Assembly (NCBI GenBank): GCA_040758355.1 | Contig: JBFLWF010000004.1 | Location: forward strand, 61,174-125,173 | DNA from: Nitrospirota bacterium | Lineage (GTDB): Bacteria > Nitrospirota > Thermodesulfovibrionia > Thermodesulfovibrionales > Dissulfurispiraceae | Length of the DNA: 64,000 nt | Direction of reading: 5' to 3' | Part shown: positions 51,559 to 62,101 of the stretch, in pieces | Position numbering within the stretch: the stretch's first letter is position 1 | Layout of the letters: every line of letters begins with the position of its first letter | Notes under the pieces: model-generated | Seen by the model: only the letters and a program-made list of their open reading frames with translations | Databases searched by the model: none | Told to the model about the DNA's origin: nothing | Program-made: the position numbers and the translations under genes

Positions 51559-51697
51559 AAGCTTGCAATAGTTTCCTCTTGATAAAATACCCCTCGGTAA
51601 GCGATTATAAACAAGAGTTAAAAACGGCGCAGACCTTCCTATTTAACCGGATTCTCTGTCAATCGTTTTTGCCTCACAACTTTTTCAAGGGGTTATA

Positions 51698-52816
51698 ATG
51701 GTGTGTTTTGAGTCTGCATTGCCGGAGCTTGTAATTAAAGGTAAAAGAATAAAGGTGCCTATCATTCAAGGCGGGATGGGAGTTGGAGTATCATTGTACC
51801 CACTCGCGAGCGCTGTTGCAAAGGAGGGCGGTCTCGGTATTGTTTCGAGTGCCTGTCTTGACAGGCTTGTTTCAAAGAGAACCGGCAAAAAATACAATTC
51901 ATACGAGGCTGCATACGAGGAGGTTTCCCTCGCAAGGGCAGAAGGCGGTTTTGCCGGCATCAATATAATGGGTGCCCTGGTAAGGGATTACAATGATTCG
52001 GTCAAGGGAGCGCTTGATGCCGGAGCCGATGCCATTATTTCTGGCGCTGGCTTGCCGCTCACCCTTCCTGCTATTCAGCCGCCCAGGGATACCGCCCTTA
52101 TACCTATAGTATCTTCTGCAAGGGCGCTTGAGATAATATGCAAAAAATGGGAGAGATTGGGCTACATGCCTGATGCAGTAGTGCTCGAAGGACCTCTTGC
52201 CGGAGGACATCTTGGATTTAAAATTGACCAGATAGATATCGAACCCAACAAGCTCGAAAACCTTTTGCCTCCGGTTAAAGACATGGCAAAGAAGTACGGA
52301 GATTTTCCTGTCATAGTTGCCGGAGGGATTTACACGTATGATGATATATCAAGATTTATAAAAATGGGGGCTGACGGCGTCCAGATGGGCACCAGATTTC
52401 TCGCTACAGAGGAAAGCAGCGCGTCGGGCGAATATAAGCAGGCTGTGATCGCGGCAAAGGAGGAGGATATTGTAGTTGCACACGATCCGGGCTCGCCGTG
52501 CGGACTCCCGTTCAGGGTGATAAAGCAATCTCCCATGTATGTTTCTGCACTTAAAAGGCTGAGACCTCCCAAATGCGACAAAGGCTATGTGCTTCTCAAG
52601 GATAAAGAAGGCAAGTTTACTATCTGCCCTGCAAAGGAAAGCAATGAGCACCATTTCTGCATCTGCAATGGTCTTCTGAGTTCAGCCGGTTATAACCGTG
52701 ACAAGGAAGAACCGCTTTATACCGTTGGGACAAATGCATCGAGGATTGACAGGATAGTTTCCGTAAAGGCATTGATGGATGAATTAACGGGCAAGGCGCC
52801 GGCTGCAGCTGTCTAA
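51698..52816 (+). CDS. Nitronate monooxygenase / FabK-like flavin oxidoreductase
   Basis: PIIQGGMGVG, EGPLAGGH, VAGGI, GVQMGTRF; Cys-rich C-terminus. Confidence 0.9.
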   Translation: MVCFESALPELVIKGKRIKVPIIQGGMGVGVSLYPLASAVAKEGGLGIVSSACLDRLVSKRTGKKYNSYEAAYEEVSLARAEGGFAGINIMGALVRDYNDSVKGALDAGADAIISGAGLPLTLPAIQPPRDTALIPIVSSARALEIICKKWERLGYMPDAVVLEGPLAGGHLGFKIDQIDIEPNKLENLLPPVKDMAKKYGDFPVIVAGGIYTYDDISRFIKMGADGVQMGTRFLATEESSASGEYKQAVIAAKEEDIVVAHDPGSPCGLPFRVIKQSPMYVSALKRLRPPKCDKGYVLLKDKEGKFTICPAKESNEHHFCICNGLLSSAGYNRDKEEPLYTVGTNASRIDRIVSVKALMDELTGKAPAAAV

Positions 52817-52828
52817 AAAGCAGGAAGC

Positions 52829-54040
52829 CTATTTTGCAACGACTTTAATGAACTTCCTTTTCCCTGCCTTAATCAGGTAATTTCCCCTTTTGAAGCCCTT
52901 TTGATGGTCTGTGATTTTCTGGTCATCAACGCTTACCGCCCCCTGTTTAATCAGCCTCATTGCTTCGCCGGTGCTCGGCGTGATGCCTGACAGTTTCATG
53001 ATCTTTGGAAGCCACATCTCCTTCTCATCCCATTGAAGCTCAAAAACAGGTATTTCATCGGGAACGCCCTTTTCTTTAAAGATATGGTCGAATTCTTCCT
53101 TTGCATGTATTGCCGCTTCTTTGCCCCAATATCTCTCCACAATCTCAATTGCAAGGTTTTCCTTGGCCTTCTTAGGATGGACTTCCCCTGACTTTAACCC
53201 TTCCTTAAGGTTATTGAGTTCTTCAATACTGATATGGCTCAACAATTCATAGTATTTGATCATTAACTCATCGCTAATGGACATTAGTTTGCCATACATA
53301 TCCTTCGGAGATTCCGATATTCCTATATAATTGCCGAGGCTTTTTGACATCTTTTTTACGCCGTCAAGCCCTTCAAGCAATGGCATTATAACCAGAGATT
53401 GTGGCTCCTGACCATATTCCTGTTGCAACTCCCTTCCCATCAAGAGATTGAACCTCTGGTCCGTACCTCCAAGCTCTACATCTATATTGAGCACAACAGA
53501 GTCGTAACCCTGAAGCAGCGGATACATGAATTCGTGTATGCCTATCGGGCTATGGCCTATAAACCTTTGTTTGAAGTCTTCTCGTTCAAGCATTCTTGCA
53601 ACGGTTTGTTTTGCCTGAAGCCTGACTATATCCATAGCAGTCAGGTTCATAAGCCACTCGCTATTGAATTTTATTATTGTCTTTTCTGGAGCGAGGATTT
53701 TAAATATCTGCTCTTTGTATGTTTCTGCGTTTTTAAGCACTTCTTCCCTTGTTAAAGGTTTTCTTGTCTCTGATTTGCCTGTGGGGTCGCCAATCATGCC
53801 TGTGAAATCGCCGATGAGGAAGATGACCTCATGTCCCAGTTCCTGAAACTGCCTCATCTTTTCAAGAAGCACTGTATGTCCTAAGTGGATGTCAGGGGCT
53901 GTTGGATCAAAGCCTGCCTTGATCTTTAAAGGTCGATTTTCCTTGAAGGATTTCTCCAGTTTGTGGAGAAGCTCCTTTTCGAGAAGAATCTCGACAGTGC
54001 CTCTTTTTATTATCTCGAACTGTTTTTCTGGCGAAAGCAT
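52829..54040 (-). CDS. tyrS: Tyrosine--tRNA ligase
   Basis: [19 protein letters not shown]-terminal S4 domain. Confidence 0.98.
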   Translation of the reverse strand: MLSPEKQFEIIKRGTVEILLEKELLHKLEKSFKENRPLKIKAGFDPTAPDIHLGHTVLLEKMRQFQELGHEVIFLIGDFTGMIGDPTGKSETRKPLTREEVLKNAETYKEQIFKILAPEKTIIKFNSEWLMNLTAMDIVRLQAKQTVARMLEREDFKQRFIGHSPIGIHEFMYPLLQGYDSVVLNIDVELGGTDQRFNLLMGRELQQEYGQEPQSLVIMPLLEGLDGVKKMSKSLGNYIGISESPKDMYGKLMSISDELMIKYYELLSHISIEELNNLKEGLKSGEVHPKKAKENLAIEIVERYWGKEAAIHAKEEFDHIFKEKGVPDEIPVFELQWDEKEMWLPKIMKLSGITPSTGEAMRLIKQGAVSVDDQKITDHQKGFKRGNYLIKAGKRKFIKVVAK

Positions 54041-54137
54041 AACAAATATGATAAAACAGGCACGGGATTATAGGCAAGGGTAAATCTGCATCCTCTGATG
54101 CCTGCTCATCTTAAAATCGAATGGAACAAAAGGGTTT

Positions 54138-56042
54138 TTATTGCCGCTTTTGCGCATACCCTGACAGCTTCATAGCCTGCTCTATCTCTTCGAGTATAGC
54201 GGGGTCGTCAATTGTCGAAGGTATGGCATATGCTTCCCCATCCGCTATTTTCCTCATGATTCCCCTGAGTATTTTGCCCGAGCGGGTCTTCGGCAGCCGG
54301 GCAACAATACATGTCTCTTTATAACACGCGATGGGGCCTATGGTGTTGCGAACCATACGGACAAGTTCTTTTTTGATCTCGTCATGGTCTTTGGAAACAC
54401 CGGCCTTAAGGACTACAAGACCGAGCGGAAGCTGTCCTTTAAGGCCGTCATACACTCCGATGACAGCGCATTCGGCTACATCCGGATGCGTGGCGACCAC
54501 TTCTTCCATCTCTCCGGTTGAGAGTCTGTGTCCGGCTACATTAATTACATCGTCAACACGCCCCATGATATAGACATAGCCGTCTTCGTCTATGAAACCG
54601 CCGTCGCTGGTGAAATAATATCCCGGAAAAGGAGAAAGATATGACTGGACAAATCTATCGTCCGCATTCCACAGCGTAGGCAATGTGCCGGGCGGTAAGG
54701 GAAGTTTTATGACAACGAGTCCTTCTTGTTTGCTTGCAAGGCATTTGCCGCTGCTGTCGAGTATTCGCACATCAAAGCCCGGTACGGGTTTTGTGGATGA
54801 GCCGGGCTTTACAGGAAAAGGCTCTATACCCATGCAATTTGCCGTAATAGGCCAGCCCGTCTCTGTCTGCCACCAGTGGTCAATGACCGGTTTTTTGAGC
54901 AGGTTGTGAGCCCAGTGATAAGTGTCGGGGTCAAGACGCTCTCCGGCGAGGAATAGATATTTGAAGTCTGAGAGGTCATGCTTTTTCATATATTCTCCGG
55001 AGGGGTCTTCTTTTTTTATGGCCCGGAGGGCTGTAGGAGCGGTGAAGAGAGTTTTAACGCTGTGCTGTGATATTACCCTCCAGAATGCTCCGGGATCGGG
55101 AGTGCCTACAGATTTCCCTTCATAAAGGATCGTGGTGCACCCTGTCAGAAGAGGGCCATAAACTATGTATGAATGTCCTACCACCCATCCTACATCGGAT
55201 GCAGCCCAGTAAACATCTCCGGGTTTTGTGTCGTAGATGTGCTCGAGACTCCAGCGCAGGGCTACAGCGTGGCCTCCGTTGTCTCTAACAACACCTTTGG
55301 GTTTGCCGGTCGTGCCGGAGGTGTAAAGTATGTAAAGCGGATCTGTCGCTTTAACCGGTTCGCAATCAGCAGGCAAGGCACTTTTTAACAGTTCTTCCCA
55401 ATCAATGTCCCTGCCGTCAATTAGGGGCGCTTTTACAAGGCTCCTCTGGTAAATGATGCATTTTTGCGGCTTATGCTCCGCAAGCTCTATGGCTTTGTCC
55501 AGAAGCGGCTTGTATTCAATAAGCCTTTTGACTTCTACAGCGCCGGAGGCTGAAATTACGACTTTCGGCTTAGCGTCGTCTATCCTTATTGCAAGCTCAT
55601 GTGACGCAAAGCCTCCGAATACTACAGAATGCACGGCTCCGAGACGGGCGCAGGCGAGCATTGCCACGACCGCCTGAGGTATCATCGGCATATAGATGAC
55701 AACTGTATCGCCTCTGCCTACGCCGAGGTTTTTCAGTACGCCGGCAAAACGCGCTGTCATATCCCGCAGTTCTTTATAAGTGAATTTTTGTATGGTGTTA
55801 GTCACAGGACTGTCGTATATCAATGCCACCTGATTTGCCCTGCCGCCTTCTACGTGCCTGTCTAAGGCGTTGTAGCAGGTGTTAAGTTCGCCGCCTGAGA
55901 ACCAGCGGTAAAAAGGAGGATTGGTGTCGTCAAGAACTCTGTCCCATTTCTTATACCACGATATCGCTTCTGCGGCCTCCCCCCAGAAGCCTGCCGGATC
56001 GTTTATGCTTTTTTGGAAAAATTCCTCGTACCTTCTCATCAA
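54138..56042 (-). CDS. prpE: Propionyl-CoA synthetase (acetate/propionate--CoA ligase)
   Basis: YTSGTTGKPKGVVRDNGG, DHWWQTETG, PKTRSGKILR. Confidence 0.9.
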   Translation of the reverse strand: MMRRYEEFFQKSINDPAGFWGEAAEAISWYKKWDRVLDDTNPPFYRWFSGGELNTCYNALDRHVEGGRANQVALIYDSPVTNTIQKFTYKELRDMTARFAGVLKNLGVGRGDTVVIYMPMIPQAVVAMLACARLGAVHSVVFGGFASHELAIRIDDAKPKVVISASGAVEVKRLIEYKPLLDKAIELAEHKPQKCIIYQRSLVKAPLIDGRDIDWEELLKSALPADCEPVKATDPLYILYTSGTTGKPKGVVRDNGGHAVALRWSLEHIYDTKPGDVYWAASDVGWVVGHSYIVYGPLLTGCTTILYEGKSVGTPDPGAFWRVISQHSVKTLFTAPTALRAIKKEDPSGEYMKKHDLSDFKYLFLAGERLDPDTYHWAHNLLKKPVIDHWWQTETGWPITANCMGIEPFPVKPGSSTKPVPGFDVRILDSSGKCLASKQEGLVVIKLPLPPGTLPTLWNADDRFVQSYLSPFPGYYFTSDGGFIDEDGYVYIMGRVDDVINVAGHRLSTGEMEEVVATHPDVAECAVIGVYDGLKGQLPLGLVVLKAGVSKDHDEIKKELVRMVRNTIGPIACYKETCIVARLPKTRSGKILRGIMRKIADGEAYAIPSTIDDPAILEEIEQAMKLSGYAQKRQ

Positions 56043-56066
56043 AGCTTTCCTTTGATCGATTTGCTT

Positions 56067-57194
56067 TTATGATTTATTTATCTGCGTGCATTTCACAACA
56101 TCCAGCTTTTGAAATTTCATACAGCCATTACATGATATGCAGTCTGCCTTTTCTTTGCCTTCCTTGAATTTGTTCGGCAGATCAGGCTCCCTGATGAGTG
56201 GCCTGGATATGGAAATAAGATCAGCATCGCTCTTTTGGAGGACATCTTCTGCTACGGATTTTGAGCGGATTCCACCCACAAGGATTACAGGTATGTTTAA
56301 TTCTTTTTTGAATAGTCTCGAATTCTCTCTAAAGTAAGCCTCCTGTTCCGTATTAAGTATATTTGGTTGTGCTGTTTTTGGTGTTGACTCATATATGCCT
56401 CCGCTTACTTCAATGGCGTCTATGCCCATTTCCTCAAGTCTTTTTGCGATGCGGAGGCTTTCTTCAGGAATCAATCCTCCCTCAATAAAATCATCCGCAT
56501 TCATCTTTATCAGAATGGGGTAATTGTCTCCCACCTCTTTTCTCATTGCTTTATAGACTTCTTCCAAGAAATGGAATCTCCTCTCTTCGTCTCCTCCCCA
56601 GTAATCATCCCTTTTGTTGGTATGGGATGAAAGGAATTCGTTTACAAGATAGCCGTGAGCGCCGTGTATCTGTACACCGTCAAATCCTGCATACATGGCT
56701 CTCCGTGCAGCATCTCCGAAGGCTTCAATAACTTCCCATATCTCTTCATTGGCCATTTCTCTCGGCGTGATTTTCGTTGACGGGTCATGGACTTCAGATG
56801 GTGCAATCGGCTGCAGACCTCCGAGCAGAGCAGGGAAGCACTGCCTGCCTCCATGAACAAGCTGAATGACCACTTTTCCGTCATGCTTGTGAATGGCCTC
56901 TGTCAGGCGCTTTAATTTGTCTATATAATAATCGTTATGTATGCATATCATCTGTGGCACAGATCTTCCTGAGGTATGCACCAGAGCATTGCCGGTTATT
57001 ATTAATCCCACGCCGCCTTTTGCGAGTTCTTTATAGAATTCGATGAGGGCATCTGTAACAAAACCGTCCACATCAGCCCTCTTTTCATATGTTGCAGAAC
57101 GGACGAGACGGTTTTTAAGCTCTATCCCTGCTAAATTGTATTGTTCGAATAGCATCGAAACACCTCTCATTGCTTTAATAATATCATTTGTCAT
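56067..57194 (-). CDS. NADH:flavin oxidoreductase (old yellow enzyme family)
   Basis: KNRLVRSATYE, QLVHGGRQ, GFDGVQIHGAHGYL, CISCNGC; true start probably a later Met. Confidence 0.93.
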   Translation of the reverse strand: MTNDIIKAMRGVSMLFEQYNLAGIELKNRLVRSATYEKRADVDGFVTDALIEFYKELAKGGVGLIITGNALVHTSGRSVPQMICIHNDYYIDKLKRLTEAIHKHDGKVVIQLVHGGRQCFPALLGGLQPIAPSEVHDPSTKITPREMANEEIWEVIEAFGDAARRAMYAGFDGVQIHGAHGYLVNEFLSSHTNKRDDYWGGDEERRFHFLEEVYKAMRKEVGDNYPILIKMNADDFIEGGLIPEESLRIAKRLEEMGIDAIEVSGGIYESTPKTAQPNILNTEQEAYFRENSRLFKKELNIPVILVGGIRSKSVAEDVLQKSDADLISISRPLIREPDLPNKFKEGKEKADCISCNGCMKFQKLDVVKCTQINKS

Positions 57195-57540
57195 CTGAGA
57201 TTTTTTGTTCGATAAGATGAGATATTTTATCTTTTAATCCCGGCAATATCTTTTTAGCGGTCTTCCAGACCGTCTCATAATTCACACCAAAATATTCATG
57301 AATTATCTTATCCCTCATTCCGGCCATTTTCTTCCACGGAATAGAAGTGTCCCTGTCTCGTATAGCTTTGGGAAGATTTTTCGTTGCTTCGCCAATAACC
57401 TCAAGACTCCTGATAACCGCATTTGATGCCATTTTGTCGTTCAGGAAGTCCTCATATGTCATCCCTTCAATAAATGACTCAATATCGTTTATTGAAGTCG
57501 CAATGTCAATAAGATAGTCTCTGTATTCTCTTTTCTTCAC
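57184..57540 (-). CDS. HepT-like (DUF86/HEPN) ribonuclease toxin
   Basis: LEVIGEA, PWKKMAGMRDKIIHEYFG (Rx4H). Confidence 0.93.
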   Translation of the reverse strand: MKKREYRDYLIDIATSINDIESFIEGMTYEDFLNDKMASNAVIRSLEVIGEATKNLPKAIRDRDTSIPWKKMAGMRDKIIHEYFGVNYETVWKTAKKILPGLKDKISHLIEQKISDDK

Positions 57541-57830
57541 AGATATACAACTTCCTCCAGGATACGCTTGCCTATATAAGGCTTCAGAGCATCCTTTGTA
57601 ACAAGGTCTACTTTTATCTCCAGTATATCGGAAAGATATTCTTCTAAATCGAGAAATTCAAAAAAGTCAGGGGTCTCTGTATATTCAACGAGGATGTCAA
57701 CATCACTACGTTTTTTTGGCTTTCCTCTTACATATGACCCAAATACTCCTATGGTCTTAACCTTGTATTTCTTTTCAAGGGTATCCCTGTGGGCTGCGAG
57801 AATATTTTTTATTTCATCAAGTTTCTTCAT
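57537..57830 (-). CDS. MntA-like minimal nucleotidyltransferase antitoxin
   Basis: GVFGSYVRG...SDVDILVE...KVDLV. Confidence 0.93.
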   Translation of the reverse strand: MKKLDEIKNILAAHRDTLEKKYKVKTIGVFGSYVRGKPKKRSDVDILVEYTETPDFFEFLDLEEYLSDILEIKVDLVTKDALKPYIGKRILEEVVYL

Positions 57831-57868
57831 ATTTGCCGCTCCTCTGCCTCAAAACCTTTGTTCTAATT

Positions 57869-58102
57869 TTACTTAATTGCGAAAAGTAAAAGCAAAAAAT
57901 CATTAATGATAACCTTTGTCTCCGATGAGGTAAGCGTGTTGCCCTCAAGCGCATTGGATGTGTAGGTCATGCCTATGCGGTAATAGTCTTTGAGTTGTTT
58001 GACGATATGGTCGGGAAAAGGACGATAGCCGTCGAGGACGGATTTGATAGAGTCGATTTTATTGAGGATATCTTCCATTTCTACCATATGTGATTTTTTC
58101 AC
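57869..58102 (-). pseudogene. Truncated Fic-family gene (N-terminal part only)
   Basis: RPFP...YTSNALEGNTLT.SETKVII; ends before any HPFxDGNGR catalytic motif. Confidence 0.8.
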
Positions 58103-58106
58103 AGAC

Positions 58107-59375
58107 CTATGTTATTTCGTCACTTTCAGTAAATTCATCAGTTCTATCTTCTGTACCGAGTTCCAGCATTTTGATTTGAGGCAAGGATGCTCCGATAATT
58201 CCTTGCATATCGCCGTACATGCCGGCGGTATTTATTATTACACGTTCAATCTGTTTTTCCCTTTGTGCCCATATCTTTGTTATAGATCTTTTCTCTTTGT
58301 CTAAGTCCTCTTTCATTGATTTAAAAGTTTCAACAATAGCCTCAACCTTTTGTTTAAATTCAGGCCCTGATAAATAATTGTAAAGAACCTCCATCTTTTC
58401 ATTTTTGCCTACAGCAGAAAGTTTTGTTTGGGATATATGGATAATCTCTGTTCTTAAAACTTCTGCTAAACTTCCAGCCAATGAAAAACCAGTAACCCAC
58501 ACCCCTTCTAATTGCGTAAAAAATTGAATTTCTTTTGGCAATGTCTCAGAAACTATAACAGCGGTTTCTGCTTTGACCTCTCTCTGATCATCTTTAAGTT
58601 TTGAAATCCAACCATCACTCCATGCCTTTGTGCGTTTTGTTTCCCATATTATGGTTCCACAATGCTGTCCATTCCGACTATAAACTTTTTGCAAAATGTC
58701 GGCACCCCTCATTCCCTTTGGCACAGGCTCAATTTCATCAATAGGAAATCTTGTTTTGAGGAGGGCTTCTAAATCCAGTTCCAAAACCTCGCCTTGAGTC
58801 TGCATAGAGCCTTGTTCAGCCTTTCTTTTAAGATCCTCTATTGTCTTAAGCATGTCGCTAATCTTTTTGTCTTTCTCAAGGTCTTTCAGTCTGTGCTGTT
58901 CTGTAAACATCTCAACAGCATTCTGTTTGATCTTCTCTCTTTCTTCATCAAGCCTGCGGGTAATTTCAAGGTCAACATTTTTCTTCTGATCTTCCAATTC
59001 CCTCATCTTTCTTCTGAATTCAAGTTCATTGTTCTGAAACTTTTCAATCTTCTTATCTTTTTCAGAAATCTGCTCCTTCAAGTCTTTCAATTCAACCAGA
59101 ATAGTAGATTCTGCCTCATTCTTGGCTTCTTGTTTTATTTTTTCTCTTTCAGTTTTTAGTTTAACTGCTACTTGCTGAGCAATAGCCTTTTCAGAATCCT
59201 CAACCTGTTTTTTCTTTTCCTCAAGCAACTTCTCACGTTTGGAAAGTTCAAGTTCTTTTTCTTTTGCTTTTTCCTCAACCTCTTGCCAGAGACTTTCTTT
59301 TATCTGGAGGGAAAGTGTTTCGGTCAGTGGTATTTCTTTACCGCAGTGAGGACATTTTATTGTTTGGTCTGACAT
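58107..59375 (-). CDS. DUF2130 family coiled-coil protein
   Basis: N-terminal CPHC, long coiled coil, QGSMQTQGEVLE, GADILQ...IIWETKRTK. Confidence 0.9.
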   Translation of the reverse strand: MSDQTIKCPHCGKEIPLTETLSLQIKESLWQEVEEKAKEKELELSKREKLLEEKKKQVEDSEKAIAQQVAVKLKTEREKIKQEAKNEAESTILVELKDLKEQISEKDKKIEKFQNNELEFRRKMRELEDQKKNVDLEITRRLDEEREKIKQNAVEMFTEQHRLKDLEKDKKISDMLKTIEDLKRKAEQGSMQTQGEVLELDLEALLKTRFPIDEIEPVPKGMRGADILQKVYSRNGQHCGTIIWETKRTKAWSDGWISKLKDDQREVKAETAVIVSETLPKEIQFFTQLEGVWVTGFSLAGSLAEVLRTEIIHISQTKLSAVGKNEKMEVLYNYLSGPEFKQKVEAIVETFKSMKEDLDKEKRSITKIWAQREKQIERVIINTAGMYGDMQGIIGASLPQIKMLELGTEDRTDEFTESDEIT

Positions 59376-59404
59376 GTGATTTATAGCCTCCTAATTAATG
59401 CATA

Positions 59405-60277
59405 TTAAATTCTTTTTTGGGAAGTTTTAAAATTTTCTTCTGATACTAACCCGTAAAGCATATCTGCCAATCTAACAATTCTCTCAACAGGAATCAACCT
59501 TCTAAATCTTCTACGCATCTTCGCATCTTTCTGAGAAATTAAATGTTTTACTATCTGACTAAATTCTTTCCATTGGCTTGTTAATTCATCAGGGATATTA
59601 AAGTCAATAAATTTTAAACCTTCTTGTGATAAGGCACTAACATTTTTAGATAAGACTTTTATGTAGTCCGAATTAACATTGCCAAGTTCATGCAAACACA
59701 TATCGTAATTTTCTAATCTGGTAAGTTTGTATATGAAATTATAGAAATCTATGAATACTTGCTTTCCATTTTCAACCTCATGCAATCGTTGTGTTCGAGG
59801 ATTACGAATGCCAATTTTTTCTTTTTGCAACGATCTGATTTTATCTAATATTTTTTGAGGTTGAAGGTCACTATTTAGTAAAGCCAGTAAATCCTCTTTT
59901 TCTTTGCCTTTAAATTTATATTTCTCGTTATCGAGAAATGGCATCGCCTCCCTAAATGTTGTAAAACTTCTCAGATTTGGAAGTTCTTTTCTGATCTGCT
60001 CTTTATCACTAAAGATTTTTCTAATTCTGTGGCATCTGTTTTGAAATTCTCTTGTTATGTAACTTTTTTTTGCGACATTTTGAGTGCCTTCTGCATTTCC
60101 ATAAACAGACCAAAATAGTCGATGTGGAGCAATATTGTGTTCCTCGATATATTGTTTTAAAATATCACCAATATCCCACATTATTTCAAGAGCCTCTGTC
60201 CCTGAAATAATATTCTTATTCTCCCTATACTTATTGTATAAAGGAGTTATTTGTTGTACTAAAAAACTTATGTTCAT
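59405..60277 (-). CDS. Hypothetical protein; N-terminus resembles DUF1016/YhcG N-terminal domain
   Basis: 290-aa ORF 3 nt after the ATPase stop; MWDIGDIL...SFTTFREAM pattern (judged by eye). Confidence 0.65.
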   Translation of the reverse strand: MNISFLVQQITPLYNKYRENKNIISGTEALEIMWDIGDILKQYIEEHNIAPHRLFWSVYGNAEGTQNVAKKSYITREFQNRCHRIRKIFSDKEQIRKELPNLRSFTTFREAMPFLDNEKYKFKGKEKEDLLALLNSDLQPQKILDKIRSLQKEKIGIRNPRTQRLHEVENGKQVFIDFYNFIYKLTRLENYDMCLHELGNVNSDYIKVLSKNVSALSQEGLKFIDFNIPDELTSQWKEFSQIVKHLISQKDAKMRRRFRRLIPVERIVRLADMLYGLVSEENFKTSQKRI

Positions 60278-60280
60278 AAA

Positions 60281-62053
60281 TCAATTGCTTAAATCCGATA
60301 AGTTTTTCCCGGCCAAGTCTTGAAGCATTGACTCAAACTGGTATACAAAATCTACCAAATCGCTAAAAAGAGATTTATTATACTCAGGCTGCGTTCCCTT
60401 TTTCGTATGAAATTTATCTTTGTAATGAACTGTAATTTCACCCGCCAAATAGGTTATTAGCCTTTGAGTGATTCTTGGCTCTCCTCTTCTTGAAATATCT
60501 ATTCTTTTCTGAAAATCTGGATGTTGTTTAAATATCCTGATCTCTCCGCCGTAAATATTAGAACGCATAGGCTCATTTGTAGCAGAATCGATATCCGGTT
60601 CCCTGTCATCAATCCTGATATTAAAACCGCTTTTTTTCTTTTCTCCGCCTTTAAATTCACTGTCCTCAAAAGGATTGTCGGTCTCTTTGTTTAAAGCATA
60701 TTCTCCCTCGTTACCACCTGGAATATTTCCTGAATTGCCGCCTGCACCTTTCCCTTCACCTTCATTTTCTCCGATTTTCTCAATAGATGATTCTTCATTA
60801 GGATGGTCACCACGGTCTTTTAAACCTACGCCTTCCTCGATGCTTTGCCCTGCACCGCCTTTCTGTAAATTAATTTCATTTCCTGACAGATAATCTGTTC
60901 TATAATTCATGGAGTCTAACCTTGCCAGTTTTGATAGAGCCTGATTTAATCTGTCTTCCAACTCTTGGTAATGTCTCTCCTCCGAGGTTTTGTTAACATC
61001 TTTTACTACATCCAAAATCAACGGTTCTATCTCAATCAGATAGCCAAACAATGCCCTTTTGCGATTGCTATTTTTGAAGTCATCCCGTGCAATTGTTGGT
61101 TCCAAGAAATCGGACAAATCTATATATCCTGTAACATTTGGATGATCCCAAAGTTCGCTTTTATGATTTGATCTGAAACTTTTAATGTCTTTTATTTCAG
61201 CAATTCTTCTCCCCTTACAAATAAATACGGGTCTTTTATTTATTTCCTTGCCTTTTGTAACCTTTATAAAAATACGAATAGGTTTCCCTAATTTTAAATC
61301 AACAGGCTCCGGCACCCTTCCTCTTTTTGTATAACTCAATCTATCTACATCATCTTTATATTCGTCCCCTTCATATTGGTTGTAATCAAATGGCGTACAA
61401 ATATATTCTCTTTTATCGTTAAGTAATGGGCTATTTATATAGCTTAACTTTATGGTAAGATTTTTTCTTCCTAACAGCAGTTCAAAATGTTTTTCTATTT
61501 CGGCCTTTAGTTCTTCAATATCGATATATTTCCAAGTATCTTTTTCAAAGCCTGATAAACATATTTCCGTTCCAGATGTATATCCAAAATTTTTAATTAC
61601 CTTAGGGCTTGGGAAGGAAACATCTTCTTGTTTATCTGCATTAAATTGTTCTTTTTCTATCGGAATATAAAGAGCATCATTTTTTTCAGTTTTAGAAGTT
61701 ATTTCCAGTTCTGAACATGCCGCCATAAACGAATAAATGCCATAGCCGAATTGACCATTAGTTGTGAAGTCAGCTTTTTTGTCAGAATTTCCAATACTTT
61801 GAACGACCTTGGTGAAATTAGTTATGCCAGAACAGTTGTCGGAAATAATGACCTTGCCGTTTCTGTAATTATCTCCGTGGATTGTTAAAGTTATTCCTAT
61901 AGGTTTTGAGTAAGCATTTTGTTGCTCATCATAAAAAGATTCTGCGCTGTCTATAGAATTATCAATATACTCCATAAAAATCCTGTTAACATCTGTATAA
62001 AGACTTGCTACATTTGGAATTAATCTCGGTGATATGTGTAATGGTATCGACAT
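60281..62053 (-). CDS. GHKL (Hsp90/MORC-like) ATPase
   Basis: EYIDNSIDS (N-box), SDNCSGI, GQFGYG, GTEI; Gly/Glu-rich linker and an unknown C-terminal domain. Confidence 0.85.
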   Translation of the reverse strand: MSIPLHISPRLIPNVASLYTDVNRIFMEYIDNSIDSAESFYDEQQNAYSKPIGITLTIHGDNYRNGKVIISDNCSGITNFTKVVQSIGNSDKKADFTTNGQFGYGIYSFMAACSELEITSKTEKNDALYIPIEKEQFNADKQEDVSFPSPKVIKNFGYTSGTEICLSGFEKDTWKYIDIEELKAEIEKHFELLLGRKNLTIKLSYINSPLLNDKREYICTPFDYNQYEGDEYKDDVDRLSYTKRGRVPEPVDLKLGKPIRIFIKVTKGKEINKRPVFICKGRRIAEIKDIKSFRSNHKSELWDHPNVTGYIDLSDFLEPTIARDDFKNSNRKRALFGYLIEIEPLILDVVKDVNKTSEERHYQELEDRLNQALSKLARLDSMNYRTDYLSGNEINLQKGGAGQSIEEGVGLKDRGDHPNEESSIEKIGENEGEGKGAGGNSGNIPGGNEGEYALNKETDNPFEDSEFKGGEKKKSGFNIRIDDREPDIDSATNEPMRSNIYGGEIRIFKQHPDFQKRIDISRRGEPRITQRLITYLAGEITVHYKDKFHTKKGTQPEYNKSLFSDLVDFVYQFESMLQDLAGKNLSDLSN

Positions 62054-62101
62054 GTTCCCTCCCTACAAAAAAATTTCCATCTCCGCAAAAGGCGAATATT
62101 T

